Of a stretch of DNA of 64,000 bases, positions 11,295 through 22,900 are shown one piece after another. This DNA comes from an uncultured Candidatus Saccharibacteria bacterium. Its GTDB lineage: Bacteria; Patescibacteriota; Minisyncoccia; Phycocordibacterales; UBA9973. The position numbers and the translations under genes are program-made. The notes below the pieces were generated by a model that saw only the letters and a list, made by a program, of their open reading frames with translations, was not told the origin of the DNA and did not search any database. The stretch is from the NCBI GenBank assembly GCA_964505155.1, contig CAZDGL010000001.1, positions 71,058-135,057 of the forward strand, in the 5' to 3' direction. Position 1 is the first letter of the stretch; the number at the start of each line of letters is the position of its first letter.

Positions 11295-12599
11295 CTAGAA
11301 ATTGATTACAATTCGGTAATCTTCTGTTTGATTAACATTTCTGGTAACTGCTTCGATATTATTTAGGTAGAGCAAACGTCCACTTCTTAGATTTACATCA
11401 GGAGATTTGACGTCTGATACAAATCGTCCTGCAGACGAATTGGCACCAAAAATGGTATCGGAGATAATAGATCCGATGGTATTAGTTACCTTCAGGATGG
11501 AATTAGCTGAATTCCAATCCACAAGCATTCCGGTAAACGTTGCCGTATCCAGAGAAGCTCCCTGATATACGTATTCACCTTCCTGATAGCTGGTTCCAGA
11601 TCCAGTTACCGTGATATCCGTAGTCAGGGAAATTGCGGTATTGGTGATAAAATCGTCCGTTCCCTGTTCGGTCGGATCCTGAACAATTCCTAGCTGTCGA
11701 TATGTTCCCTTAACCGGAAGCTTTCCAGACTCGTCTGCATTCAATCGAATATTGAGCATCACGTCTGTGGACAAGAATTCATAGACCGGATCCGATCCAT
11801 GTCCATTCTTTGGACCTAATAGCGGCTTCAGAAGAGCATCAGATCCTCCACCACCAGAAATGGTTGCCACGGCATTCGTATATCCTGTGCCATATGATGT
11901 CATGACAATAGCAGATACCGTATTGGTTGAGGTATTCAGCGAAGCCGTAGCGGTTGCACCTTCACCGTCTCCAGTAATCGTGACTATAACATTAGATGAA
12001 TTTGAATAATTCGATCCCGTATTGGCAATATGGATTGCTAGGATTGCTCCATCAGCAGCGGATTCCTGTACATCCCACTGCTGTGATCCATTGTCGACTG
12101 TCAGGGTTCTAACCGGAATATAGTTTTCAGATAGAAACTTGGTAATGTCTCCGACTCCTACGGTATACATATACTTCCAAATGTAACCATCAGCAGTCTG
12201 GGTAATAGTATTACCTAAAGACGTAGGTTTAGTAGTGGACATTGCTCCACGATTATTTGAGATACACTTATAGATGTTGAATTCATCGGTCATGACATAG
12301 AAATTCTTGATCTCTGAACCATAATCGAAGTATGGATATACGGTGTTTGCTACCCAATCGTATCGAGGGATCACATTGACTAAGTCTCCACCCAGAATTT
12401 TCTTTCCACCGACTACCGATTTCCAGAACAAAAATTCTGTTGCCAGAGACGTATTAGCTGTTTCTGGACTAGCTTCATTGGACCACGCTGTAGGTCGACC
12501 ATAGATTAGATAAAGATTATTCTCATCATCCTCGGACAACGATTCAATAAACTGTGCAGTATTATAGACTCTGAACTGGTCTTTGATTAGACTAGGCAT
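11295..12599 (-). CDS. gp8: baseplate wedge subunit gp8
   Basis: FYVMTDEFNIYKCISN, DGYIWKYMY, GHGSDPVYE, RQLGIVQDP. Confidence 0.9.
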   Translation of the reverse strand: MPSLIKDQFRVYNTAQFIESLSEDDENNLYLIYGRPTAWSNEASPETANTSLATEFLFWKSVVGGKKILGGDLVNVIPRYDWVANTVYPYFDYGSEIKNFYVMTDEFNIYKCISNNRGAMSTTKPTSLGNTITQTADGYIWKYMYTVGVGDITKFLSENYIPVRTLTVDNGSQQWDVQESAADGAILAIHIANTGSNYSNSSNVIVTITGDGEGATATASLNTSTNTVSAIVMTSYGTGYTNAVATISGGGGSDALLKPLLGPKNGHGSDPVYEFLSTDVMLNIRLNADESGKLPVKGTYRQLGIVQDPTEQGTDDFITNTAISLTTDITVTGSGTSYQEGEYVYQGASLDTATFTGMLVDWNSANSILKVTNTIGSIISDTIFGANSSAGRFVSDVKSPDVNLRSGRLLYLNNIEAVTRNVNQTEDYRIVINF

Positions 12600-14697
12600 C
12601 GATAAATCCTATATTGACATTGCCTGAGTAGGTTCTATTATTTGGTAGTGACGAAACATTACCGTAAATGTTAAAGAATCCATTGGATACGTTTGGAACA
12701 ATTACGTTTGCAGTAAATTCAATAATCACGTTTGTGATATTTGAAGCCAGATTTGATGGTGCTGAACCAGAATATACAAGAAGCGAATTGGCATCGTTTG
12801 CCGCATACTGACCGGGATAGAATAGAATCATTCCCTCGTATGAGGTATTTACCTGATGTGTATTCTGTTCGAACTTTTTCTTATATTCGGCAAATGCAAT
12901 CAAACCTGCAGGATGTGATACTTCCTTGAGGGTTTTTCTATACTTATCAAATGTCTGATCGGACTTGACAACATATGAAAAGTTTTGGTAGTAATCCTGA
13001 TCCTGTAGTCTCATTGTGGACGAAGGCATACCGTCGTCGTTTAGGAATCTACCGGGATAATCAAATACACCAGTTACGATAGTCGCAACTGCTTGTGCCG
13101 TTCCATCACCTGAGGCTCGCAGATTGATCGTAGGAGCAGTCTGATAACCGGATCCACGGTTCAAGATTTCAATAGTCAAAATCGAACCGACCGAGGTGTT
13201 GCTTGATGTAAAGATTTCACCGTCACCTAGAATAGCGGTAACCGTGATATTTGCACCAGATCCACCAGCAGACGTAATCGAAACGGATGGAAGCGCATTC
13301 TGTCGATATCCGTAGCCACCAGCGATATATCCTGACTCAGGTACGAAATTGACTCGCGTAATTCCACCGCTTCCATCAATCTGTGTGACGTTTGCCTTAC
13401 CCTTGAATCCATATTCACCCGGTTGATTGACGAAAAGAATCTGATCCCCTACAGCATATCCTGTACCCGGTGAATTGATTGCCATTCGTCCTAAAATACC
13501 CAGACGCTTGATAGTCGTATTGGCCACCGCGTCCATATCTGGAGTCGATAGGTAGTTGTTGCCTCCCACATGAACTGTTATAACAGAAATAGGTCCGGTG
13601 TTGGCATATTGATAAAGATGTAGCGTATCACCCATAACCGAATTCGCATTAGGTGATGACACTATCAGGGTGCTTAGATTTGAATAAACCGTATTCCCCA
13701 GAATCGTATTGGCTTCGGCCAACAGCGATGTCGTCCAGATATTATAAGAGTTAGGATGATATAGCTCGGTTTTGTCTACCTGCGTGATTTCGGCATTGGC
13801 ACCTGAACCAGATCCGGTAATCAAGATGAAGTTGTTTACCTGAAATCCTGCACCACCATTTAGAACACCGATAGCTTCCAGACCACCTGTGGATACGGTC
13901 GATACGATTGCGATAGCACCGCAACCTGAATTGGATTCAAATACCAGAGAGTCACCAACCTCGTAACCAGCACCCGGATTGACAATGGTAATCGAATTAA
14001 TGATACCTGAATAGACGTTACCAGAAATGGATTTGGTCTCACCGTTTTCCGTGAAATATGAGATAACCATTTCACCGTTATCGAATGCACCCTCAATATT
14101 TGTGAGTGCTAATTCGTTGATTTCAATTCCGGTTTCAAAGTATCTGGTGACACGTTCTACCACTGCGGATGCATTAGAGGTATTGCCGCGCAGCAACGTA
14201 TTCCGAAAGTTCTCAAATCCGTTCAGGTTAGTGTTGGATACACCTTCGACCTTGATATCCGTAATACGAAGTGCCTTCTGGACATACCACTTACCATCAG
14301 ACACTTTTAGAATATTGTTCTTTGGATACGTGATTTCGGTATTGGACGATCCGGTTATAATATTGATCAAGAATCGTACGGCTTTTTCGGTACCGTTTGA
14401 ATGGTAGAAGTCCTGAATATTCTTGAGCAGAAGGTCTTTGTCCACAATTACACTAGACGGAATAGACTTCATGAACTGCTCATAGAGTTTTTGCTTTAGT
14501 TCCGAATGAGTATCGTCCACGTCATAATAGCGAATAAGGTTGGACATACGTTCCAAAACCTTACCATCTTCTAGAGTTTCAGAATATTGTTCCAGATACC
14601 GATAGTAGTATTCCATGAATTTAACGAACTGAGGATGGTCAGTCCGAATAAATCCTGATAGCTGATCGGTTACGAATATAGAGGTTTTGTTATTCAT
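12592..14697 (-). CDS. gp7: baseplate wedge subunit gp7-like
   Basis: FVKFMEYYY, FY.S.GT, LQDQDYYQNFSYVVKS, HPAG. Confidence 0.8.
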   Translation of the reverse strand: MNNKTSIFVTDQLSGFIRTDHPQFVKFMEYYYRYLEQYSETLEDGKVLERMSNLIRYYDVDDTHSELKQKLYEQFMKSIPSSVIVDKDLLLKNIQDFYHSNGTEKAVRFLINIITGSSNTEITYPKNNILKVSDGKWYVQKALRITDIKVEGVSNTNLNGFENFRNTLLRGNTSNASAVVERVTRYFETGIEINELALTNIEGAFDNGEMVISYFTENGETKSISGNVYSGIINSITIVNPGAGYEVGDSLVFESNSGCGAIAIVSTVSTGGLEAIGVLNGGAGFQVNNFILITGSGSGANAEITQVDKTELYHPNSYNIWTTSLLAEANTILGNTVYSNLSTLIVSSPNANSVMGDTLHLYQYANTGPISVITVHVGGNNYLSTPDMDAVANTTIKRLGILGRMAINSPGTGYAVGDQILFVNQPGEYGFKGKANVTQIDGSGGITRVNFVPESGYIAGGYGYRQNALPSVSITSAGGSGANITVTAILGDGEIFTSSNTSVGSILTIEILNRGSGYQTAPTINLRASGDGTAQAVATIVTGVFDYPGRFLNDDGMPSSTMRLQDQDYYQNFSYVVKSDQTFDKYRKTLKEVSHPAGLIAFAEYKKKFEQNTHQVNTSYEGMILFYPGQYAANDANSLLVYSGSAPSNLASNITNVIIEFTANVIVPNVSNGFFNIYGNVSSLPNNRTYSGNVNIGFIDA

Positions 14698-16769
14698 TAG
14701 GTAATCGGAACCATTTCAATTACGATTGAACTAGAATCGTTCTCATCAATATCCAGAATATTGTTTCTGGATGGTAGAATGATATCAGTTTCTGGTTGAA
14801 TATTCAGAGTCATGACATCATCATTGTAGTTTGAATTCTCGGATACTGACAGGAAGCTCAGGTTGTTTAGAACAATTTCACCTGTCTGATAATCAATAGT
14901 GCCTGCATTCTCGTTGATATAGACCTTTTCACCGTTCGAACGGATATAATAGATCCGAAGATTTCCAGTTCGGGCTTGCAATACCGGAGTAGCTGCACCA
15001 CCAAATCCTCCACCACCAGATATTGTGATAGAAGCTCGCGTATAATTTGTACCTCGATCCACGATTGTGATGGTTGAGATCTTACCATTCACGATTGAAG
15101 CCTGAGCAGTTGCACCCATACCATCACCTAAAATGGTAACGGTCGGTGCTTCCGTGTAGGAATAACCGGGATTGGTGATGACTACCTCGTCCACACCCGT
15201 AAAGGATTCAGGTACTTCTTCAATATAGCAGGTTCGCGTCACATTGAATGAGTCCTTCATCGTGAATGTAGGATTAGAATAGAGCTTCTCATTGATGCCA
15301 CCACGCAATAGAGGCACATTGAAATCAATCTCGTAATTCTTAGAAATATCGAACGTTGGTTCAAATCGCTTCTGAAGATAGATATCCAGCGAGCAGGATA
15401 CGATAGCACGATTGGTATCCTCAATCTTTCTAACCAATCTGGACTTATAGAATGAAGCATCGAATGTGCGGAGATTATCGTCCTTAAACTCCGCAATGGC
15501 ATTTCTGATCTGAGTCTTGATTGAATTTTCGTCAATCGTAGACTTTCGAGGATCGTAGCTGACGCGAGCATTGACAATGAGATAGGTATAATCAGGATCC
15601 ACGATTTCTGGTGTGATACCCAATACGGACTTCTTCTGAATGATTTCCGTCACGATACGGATCTTCTCTAGATTTGAGATCTCAAAATTACGTACAGGCT
15701 TCATGGAAATAAAGACCTTGCCATAGATTGGAGGGACATTATCCTCTCCTCCCCAAACCGAGACCGCTTCAATATTTGGATAGTCTCTGAGAATGATTGC
15801 CTTGTAGTCCTCATCAATTACCGCACGATTCTGGACGGTGTAATGAATAGGTGCTCGCGCACGAATTTCCTCGATAGTTTCTCTATCGGATCCACCATAT
15901 GCAGCAAATACAGGATTGATGATTACGTTGTCATTGTATCCATTGATGGAGTCCAGAAGAATGAATGAGTTGGCATCGTTGCCATACTTACCTTCGGTAT
16001 CCAGATAGGTGACAATAACGATATTGCCATTGGACGGACGCTTACCGATCACATTATCCCCGAAATAGAGGATATAGTTGCCATTGGATAGTGAGCTTTC
16101 TTCGAGGAAGAATACCTGCGTATTGCCTCGGATTTCGGTAATATCCTCGTTGACTACGTAAACCTGCGTATCGGTATTTGAGGATGATTCTTGTACAGCT
16201 ACGCTAACCGTAGATATATCAACGTTAGCAGAAGGGATAACATACCGAGGTTTTGCACCGGATACCACATAAGCATTTCGGATAACTTCACCTTGCTTGA
16301 CAACAATATTTGAGAAATAGAAAGTTCCATTAGCATCCTTTGTCGCGACGTTTGTGTTGAGAGTCACGAAATTATAATTCAAACCATCTATTGACTCGGA
16401 CTGGAAAGGAGTGTAGCGTTCCAGAGTTAAGGTTTGTGCTGAGTTGTCCTCAGAACCTTCAGGAGTGACTCGGATATTGAGTTGGGAGGTAGCACCGATC
16501 TGGGATTGCGGTACGTAGTTTAGAGACTTTGCATGTGAGATAATGGAAGAACGTTTCTGTGCGGTATCCAGAAACATTTCGTTACCAATCATGTTTGCAT
16601 AAAATGCCTGATAGTAGGTGTTGTAGGCCAGAATATCCAGAAGGCTCGATAGACCGGATGCCTCGAAGTTATAATCTGTAAACTCGGATTGATTCTGGAA
16701 GAAGTTCTTCAGGTTATTTCGGATAGAGTCGAAATCTAGCTCTGTGATTCTTAGGGTATTATTTGCCAT
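14697..16769 (-). CDS. gp6: baseplate wedge subunit gp6
   Basis: ELDFDSIRNNLK, DYNFEASGLSSLLDILAYNT, QNRAV, VWGGEDN.PP.YGKVFIS. Confidence 0.95.
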   Translation of the reverse strand: MANNTLRITELDFDSIRNNLKNFFQNQSEFTDYNFEASGLSSLLDILAYNTYYQAFYANMIGNEMFLDTAQKRSSIISHAKSLNYVPQSQIGATSQLNIRVTPEGSEDNSAQTLTLERYTPFQSESIDGLNYNFVTLNTNVATKDANGTFYFSNIVVKQGEVIRNAYVVSGAKPRYVIPSANVDISTVSVAVQESSSNTDTQVYVVNEDITEIRGNTQVFFLEESSLSNGNYILYFGDNVIGKRPSNGNIVIVTYLDTEGKYGNDANSFILLDSINGYNDNVIINPVFAAYGGSDRETIEEIRARAPIHYTVQNRAVIDEDYKAIILRDYPNIEAVSVWGGEDNVPPIYGKVFISMKPVRNFEISNLEKIRIVTEIIQKKSVLGITPEIVDPDYTYLIVNARVSYDPRKSTIDENSIKTQIRNAIAEFKDDNLRTFDASFYKSRLVRKIEDTNRAIVSCSLDIYLQKRFEPTFDISKNYEIDFNVPLLRGGINEKLYSNPTFTMKDSFNVTRTCYIEEVPESFTGVDEVVITNPGYSYTEAPTVTILGDGMGATAQASIVNGKISTITIVDRGTNYTRASITISGGGGFGGAATPVLQARTGNLRIYYIRSNGEKVYINENAGTIDYQTGEIVLNNLSFLSVSENSNYNDDVMTLNIQPETDIILPSRNNILDIDENDSSSIVIEMVPIT

Positions 16770-17548
16770 TAAACTTCTAATCTCTTTTTATGAGAAAATC
16801 CTATATTTCTTTTATGTTCTTCGGTAAGACGTTTAAAAGCACGTTTTGATGGTCTACCTAATTTCCAACCTTCTGGAACTTCTTCAGGAGAAAACATTCT
16901 CATATCTTTTCCATTATTATAAAGTTTTCGTCCTAGATTTGTATAAATGTTTCCATTTGAACGTTTCCATGTTTTGCCTTTAGATGTGTGAATATCAGAC
17001 CAACCCGGAAGTCGACCTATATACCATCCTTCTAATAACCATTTTTCTACATCTTCATGAAATACGTTCATCGTTTTATTCAATTCAATGTTAGAAATGT
17101 AAGTTCGTTTTTTCTTGTCTTCAGAAAGCAGTTTCTTCTGTTCGTCAGAAATAGTTTTACCTTTATTTGCTTTTCCGATGTTAGTTTTCCATTCTGGTGA
17201 TAGACTTCGACCAGTCTGAGTCTTTGATATTTTTTGTCCAACTGTTAATTTATAATCTGGATCACTCCACCACAACCCAATAGTTTGAAATTTTAAATTA
17301 TAATATCTAACTTTTTTCAGTTTTGCTTTATCTAACCATTTTTGTTCTTCATATAACATATCTTTTTTATCAGAATAAATGTATTTTAATATTCGACGTT
17401 TAAAATCATCAGGACGACGTCTATATGCTTTTCTCATTCTAGTTGAAGAACATACATATCCATCGTTTTCAGTTCCCCAATGGGATCCGATATAATACAT
17501 TTTACGTTTACGGTCATACCAGATATAAACAAATCCATATTTTTCCAT
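16769..17548 (-). CDS. Seg-like GIY-YIG homing endonuclease with NUMOD3-like repeats
   Basis: GFVYIW...YYIGSH; AT-rich insertion between gp25 and gp6. Confidence 0.85.
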   Translation of the reverse strand: MEKYGFVYIWYDRKRKMYYIGSHWGTENDGYVCSSTRMRKAYRRRPDDFKRRILKYIYSDKKDMLYEEQKWLDKAKLKKVRYYNLKFQTIGLWWSDPDYKLTVGQKISKTQTGRSLSPEWKTNIGKANKGKTISDEQKKLLSEDKKKRTYISNIELNKTMNVFHEDVEKWLLEGWYIGRLPGWSDIHTSKGKTWKRSNGNIYTNLGRKLYNNGKDMRMFSPEEVPEGWKLGRPSKRAFKRLTEEHKRNIGFSHKKRLEV

Positions 17549-17587
17549 TTATACTCCTTTTAAAGTATATTTAGGAAAACGGCCGTC

Positions 17588-17989
17588 TCACCTTATACGT
17601 TCTAAGAAAATCTCAACCCGGATTGGTTCGTTGATGTTTTCTACTTGGATTGTGATGGTCATGGTGACACCATTTTTAGATGGTTCACCACGTCCACGAA
17701 TTTCTAGGATAGATGCTCGCGGTTCAAAATTCTTGATTGCAAGTGATGCACGATCAATCATAAGTTTAATCGTCTGTTCGTTCATGGTTTCAAACAGGAG
17801 TCCACGGACACCGGATCCATAATATGGTTTGAATGGTCGTTCATAATAATTGGTAAGAACGACATTTCGGATAGCTCGTCTGACCGCTTCGGCACCAACG
17901 AGTTTAGTGACATCACCCGTCACAGGATGTGCCATGAAGTTCAGATCCAAGTCTCTGTATTTTGGTGAATTTCTTGTGATTAATTCCAT
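17588..17989 (-). CDS. gp25: baseplate wedge protein gp25
   Basis: YRDLDLNF.AHPVTGD, LTNYYERPF.P..GS, FEPR; ATG at 17989 follows a TAAATA late promoter. Confidence 0.9.
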   Translation of the reverse strand: MELITRNSPKYRDLDLNFMAHPVTGDVTKLVGAEAVRRAIRNVVLTNYYERPFKPYYGSGVRGLLFETMNEQTIKLMIDRASLAIKNFEPRASILEIRGRGEPSKNGVTMTITIQVENINEPIRVEIFLERIR

Positions 17990-18009
17990 TCGATTATTTA
18001 GGTGAGCGC

Positions 18010-18038
18010 TTGACAATTTTTCAAATATGGAGTAGTGT
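18010..18038 (+). promoter_or_regulatory. sigma70-type early promoter
   Basis: TTGACA-17-TAGTGT followed by leader TCATCAAATGGAGAACGGA. Confidence 0.75.
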
Positions 18039-18061
18039 CAATCATCAAATGGAGAACGGAA

Positions 18062-18259
18062 ATGTCTAAGAAGCGGGTTTATCGGGTTTGGATTATCGGT
18101 AAGCGCATTTCCACTCAGCAGATTGTGGTTTCGACCACGGCAGCGAATGCTCGCGCAGAATATGCCAACCAAATGGGGTTGAAGACCTATCTGGTTGACG
18201 CAGTCTGGATGCGCGAATGTGACGACAATATGAATAACCTTCTTAAGAAGTTGGGTTGA
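18062..18259 (+). CDS. hypothetical early protein
   Basis: GGAG RBS and ATG at 18062 after the early promoter. Confidence 0.7.
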   Translation: MSKKRVYRVWIIGKRISTQQIVVSTTAANARAEYANQMGLKTYLVDAVWMRECDDNMNNLLKKLG

Positions 18260-18284
18260 CTACTTCTAAAAAATGAAGTAGGGT
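18256..18284 (+). promoter_or_regulatory. sigma70-type early promoter
   Basis: TTGACT-17-TAGGGT followed by the same leader TCATCAAATGGAGAACGGA. Confidence 0.7.
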
Positions 18285-18399
18285 AACTCATCAAATGGAG
18301 AACGGATATGCGAATCCAGATTGACATTTCCGACAGTAAGCATCGTCAGCTTCTCAGAATCTGATACAACACCATTATCGAAACGAAGGGACTTCCAAA

Positions 18400-18633
18400 A
18401 TGGACCGCACCGAAGACTGGTATGATTACGACATCCCGCAGAAATACCAGCACGCGACCTTTCCTGCGCTGATGATCAACGACGAGGTTTTCTATGCCGA
18501 GAACTTCGCGGACGCAGCAGACGAAGCTATGAAGGTTTTCAAGCTGACCGAGGAAGAACTCGACGCGGTTGCCGAGATCGGATCCTTCTCGACCAAGACC
18601 CAGAACTTCACTGCATTCAAAGAGGAAATCTAA
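18400..18633 (+). CDS. hypothetical early protein
   Basis: ORF with highly-expressed-type codon usage. Confidence 0.65.
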   Translation: MDRTEDWYDYDIPQKYQHATFPALMINDEVFYAENFADAADEAMKVFKLTEEELDAVAEIGSFSTKTQNFTAFKEEI

Positions 18634-18637
18634 GACC

Positions 18638-18826
18638 ATGCACACCTTGCTCGCGATACTTTCCTTCCCCTTCTGGTTCGTTGGGTTATTTCTGATGATC
18701 CTCGGAGTTTGGGGTACGTTTTCTCAGAATGGTGTTCTTTTCGAACCGGGTTTCTTTGGTCGACTTGCAACTTCCACAATCGGTATCGGGTTCTGGTTGA
18801 TTGCCTATATGATGGTTACATTCTAA
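18638..18826 (+). CDS. small membrane protein
   Basis: Two hydrophobic segments; GAGG RBS before ATG 18638. Confidence 0.6.
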   Translation: MHTLLAILSFPFWFVGLFLMILGVWGTFSQNGVLFEPGFFGRLATSTIGIGFWLIAYMMVTF

Positions 18827-18839
18827 GGAGATTTGAAAA

Positions 18840-19124
18840 ATGAATGACGATTCTACGATTGGAATTACACTCACCAAGGACGAAGCCAAGCTTCTGGTGA
18901 TCCTGACTGAATATGTCGGTGGGACACCAGACAAATCCCTGCGTCGAGCATCGGATTCACTTCGGACAAAGCTTATTGATATCCTTAATACCTCGAATTA
19001 TCGTAGGTTTGATATTTACGATAAGCTCGGTATCAAGATGGAGCCGAACGATTATTATCTGATTGACATGAACTACTATGCTCCTGACATCAACATCTAT
19101 TTCAAGGATGGATCCAACCTATGA
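18840..19124 (+). CDS. hypothetical protein
   Basis: AAGGAG RBS; operon packing. Confidence 0.65.
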   Translation: MNDDSTIGITLTKDEAKLLVILTEYVGGTPDKSLRRASDSLRTKLIDILNTSNYRRFDIYDKLGIKMEPNDYYLIDMNYYAPDINIYFKDGSNL

Positions 19125-19330
19125 TCACGAAGATCAATCTTCGACTGAATGATATTGTGGAGATCTACGGAACGGAATCCTTCCTTGATGGAATGACCGG
19201 AGTCAATCTCGGTACGTCATCGGTGGGAGTCGTGGATCTCTACATCATCCTGCTCGATGTGCCGCTCAAGACGCATCGAGCCGTAACCATTCCTGAGTCA
19301 TGCTTGAAGGTGAAATATCATGCCGTATAA
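19121..19330 (+). CDS. hypothetical protein
   Basis: ATGA overlap with the upstream ORF. Confidence 0.6.
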   Translation: MITKINLRLNDIVEIYGTESFLDGMTGVNLGTSSVGVVDLYIILLDVPLKTHRAVTIPESCLKVKYHAV

Positions 19331-19643
19331 TAATAACGTGGTGGAATTCCCGGTATTCAAGGATCGGTATGGGAACAGGTTCGTGTTCCCAACGGTACAC
19401 AACAAGAATGAGAATCTATCGGGTACCGGATTGTGGAGTTGGTGTCGCTATGCCGAGGTTGCGCTCGATGTAGTCGAAGAAGACAAACGGTTCGAAGTCG
19501 AACTGGATGCCGAAGGGTATGTGAACTTCACTCATGTGGTAACCATCTGCGCTTCCAGAGGATTTAAAGATGGTGGTGAAACTGTCTGGATGATTGGTGG
19601 TCCAGAATTTGATTCCTTCATTGCGAGAGGAGCTTCCGAATGA
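19320..19643 (+). CDS. hypothetical protein
   Basis: operon packing. Confidence 0.6.
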   Translation: MPYNNNVVEFPVFKDRYGNRFVFPTVHNKNENLSGTGLWSWCRYAEVALDVVEEDKRFEVELDAEGYVNFTHVVTICASRGFKDGGETVWMIGGPEFDSFIARGASE

Positions 19644-19999
19644 CTTTTCTTGATTCTGCTACTAGGTCTATTCGACCCATTTCACCCGATGATGTGGTAG
19701 AGACGAAGAAGACCGTTGTCTTTCCACCTCAGGTAATCGAAGCATGGAACTATCTGATTGCCAAGCACTATCTGGATGGTCGTGCTTCTATTATGCAGGA
19801 CGAAGTCGTCAAGACCCTAATCAAGTATCTGGGATTGGACGAATCAGATCCAGCGTCCAGACGAGTCTGCTACGACAACAAGTATCTGGATATCGAGGAT
19901 ATCTATCGTGCCGAAGGTTGGACGGTCGAATACGATAAGCCAGCTTTCAACGAGACTTATGAACCATCATTCATATTTCGAAAAGGAAAGAGACGTTAG
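19640..19999 (+). CDS. conserved hypothetical phage protein
   Basis: P.VIEAWN.LI, LDIEDIYR..GW.V.YDKP motif recalled from other phages. Confidence 0.65.
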   Translation: MTFLDSATRSIRPISPDDVVETKKTVVFPPQVIEAWNYLIAKHYLDGRASIMQDEVVKTLIKYLGLDESDPASRRVCYDNKYLDIEDIYRAEGWTVEYDKPAFNETYEPSFIFRKGKRR

Positions 20000-22900
20000 A
20001 CCGGAATCGGAGTACCGATATAGGACTGCTTTCGGTCCATCGGATTGTTGGTCTGCTTCTGGATTGTCTTTTTGAAAGATGGATCAATCTGCGGATGTGA
20101 ACCCTGATAGTTTGGATTAGATGTGGTGTTCACATCCGTAGGCTTTCGTTCAGGCTTTGTGCTTTCACGTGTTGCTCTATCCTCTTCGGCATCCCCACTA
20201 GGATCCGATACTCCGGTTGATTTGTTCTCAATCTTAGCAGCAGTTGTCTTTTCAACCATCTTCTTCTTATCGAGTGAAGATTCCTTCTTTGGATCTATCA
20301 TTCGCTTGGTAGGAGCAATCTGACCAGTAGGCTTGACCTTAGGTGATGACACATCGGTGGATGTTACATTCTCGGCTTTCTTTAGCTGCTCTTCACGCTT
20401 GGCAATTAGTTCTGGTGTCATATCGGACTCCTCAGCACGACGGATATTGAGCTTATCAGCATCGACCCACTTCTTCGTGACGGTATCACCCTGATTGCCA
20501 CCTAACATTTCAATCTGGAGACGTCCTCCCTTCATTCGGGTTTCACCCGTTGCCATTCCTACGTGGCCACCAACTTCACCAGCAGCTTTGCCTCGCATTT
20601 CTACCAGAATATCACCCTTCTTCATATCACCAGCAGCTACGGACTTTCCCCATTCTCCAAACGAAGTTGCTACAGCAGATCCGGTTCCCTTGAAACCTTC
20701 CTGTTTTAGTGTAGAATTAACGAATGCGGCACACCATGCTAGAACATCAGGATCAAGATCGACACCACCATCCTTCAGATATGACTTGATTGCATCCCGA
20801 TCTCGGTCCTCGTTCATTCCTAGTTGCTTCAATGCACGATCCACGATTGCACCCTGACCATCACCAGAAGCCGCAGAACGAATTGCTCCAACTGGATCCT
20901 TGGAAGGATCTATATGCTTGCGTGCTGCACCTTCTAGTAGAGTCTTGCGCTTCTCCACAACGTCATTAGCTAGTCGCGTCTTTTCTTCACGAATTTGGTC
21001 CTCGGAGAACTTGGTCGTTCCCTCGGCCACTGCAGGCTTATCTGCAAACTTCAGAGTATCGGCCAATTCGGTCTTGTATCTGGAAAGAACGCTAGCGCGT
21101 CGATCACCTGTCAGCTTGGTATCGGTATCGATATACTTGGTTCGTTCTTCATAGAATGCCTTCAATTGGTCTTGCGGTGTCATATCAGCAAATCCAGCAT
21201 GTTGAGAAGCTCGATCCAGAATCTTCTTGATTCCACCGTGCTGAATTGCTCCAGAGAATATGGCTTCACGAATACCCGGATTATCGGTTTTGAAACCAAT
21301 TCCAGCAGCATGGTCCTTTGCAGGATTGAACCAGATATTCTTAGCAGACTTATCCTGAGCTTCCTCGAATGCCGTAGGATTAGCAGCAGCTACCTGTTTC
21401 CACTTATCATTGAATGCCTTGGTTCCCGGTTGCAGACCATCGAATTCCTTTGCAAATTCTGGATTATCCTTAAAGAATGTCTGGAGTCCACCGACCTTGT
21501 AATCGAACTGATACTTACCGTAGGCTCGACCACCATCTCCACCAACCGTATCAACCTTTCCTTCATACTTGGCAGAAATGGATCCCACCTTCTCGGATGA
21601 TGTGGCCAGAGACTTGCGTGCCTGTTCGTCCGTGATTTCTGGTGCAACAGCTTTGAAGGTGACGTGCTTCTTACCGGATTCGTCTTCATCGAATGAACGT
21701 TCAATACCCAAAGCCTTCAATTCTTCTGAAGAAAGCTTATTGAGGAATGATTGATCTGACAGACCGACTTCCTGACCAGAGGTAAGCTTGGCAATCGTTG
21801 CCTGATCGGCTTCGGATAGCGGTGCTGCGCTTCCAGTCGTATCGGAGGATGTTCCCGGTCCATAACCCGGAATAGATGACTCAGCGGTTCGACCCTTGAA
21901 TCTGGATCCATACATCGACGGCATTTGATCTCGTTGATCAGACAAATACGTTCCGTATGAGGAATCGATGCCACCGACTCTATTCTTGAAAGGTTCCAGA
22001 GCCTTGGTGCTAGGAGTATTACTTGTAACGGTCGGACCAGACGGTGTAGCTGTAGCTGTTGCTCCCAACATATCATCCGCTTCACCACCTAGCGACATAT
22101 CGGATCCACCAACGGATGACATCGGTGTTCCACCTGCTGCTGGTGGAGGATTGGATTTACGGAATCGACCGAATGAAGTGGTCGGATTAGGATTAGCCTC
22201 AGGAGCCTTGTACTTCTCGCGTTCAGGCAGAATGATGGTTTCACCAGTCTTGAGCGATGGTTCCCACTTCTTTAGTTTGAAATAATTGAGCAGTCCCTCA
22301 GGAGACACCTCACCCGTGATTACGGAATAGATCAATTCCGCAGCTTGTTCGGCAACCATTGAACCAATGATCGCACCAGATACGGTTCCCACCGCAGCGA
22401 ATGGTCCTGCCCACACGGTTGCAATTGTTCCCAATATTGCACCGATACCTGCACCAGACATGGAAGCAATAGCACCCACAATCTGCTTGCGAACTTCCTG
22501 TTCGGATGCACCCTCATTATATGCCAGATACGGATCGAGCGCAGACGTAACCACCTCTACCAGAATACCAATGACAGATCCCGGTATCTTGAATCTGGTG
22601 GCAAAGGCATCGACGTCCTTTAGGAACTTGTAATATAGACCCTTGCCTCTAGTGGATTCTGCTGGAATATTCTTTGATGAAAGATAGAGAGGCTTTCCAC
22701 CTGATTTAATTTTAGGCATCTCAATATTGTCTAGAACCCCAGACTTCTTGAATGATCCCCATCCCTTCTTCATGGTATCGCTGAAGCTGAACCCTCGGAT
22801 GGATTCGACTGCCTTGGTAGCTAGTTCAGGCATCTTGAACTTAGGCTTAGGAATATCTACCTCTTTGAGCTTCTTCCCCGTATCCATGATTGCATCAAAG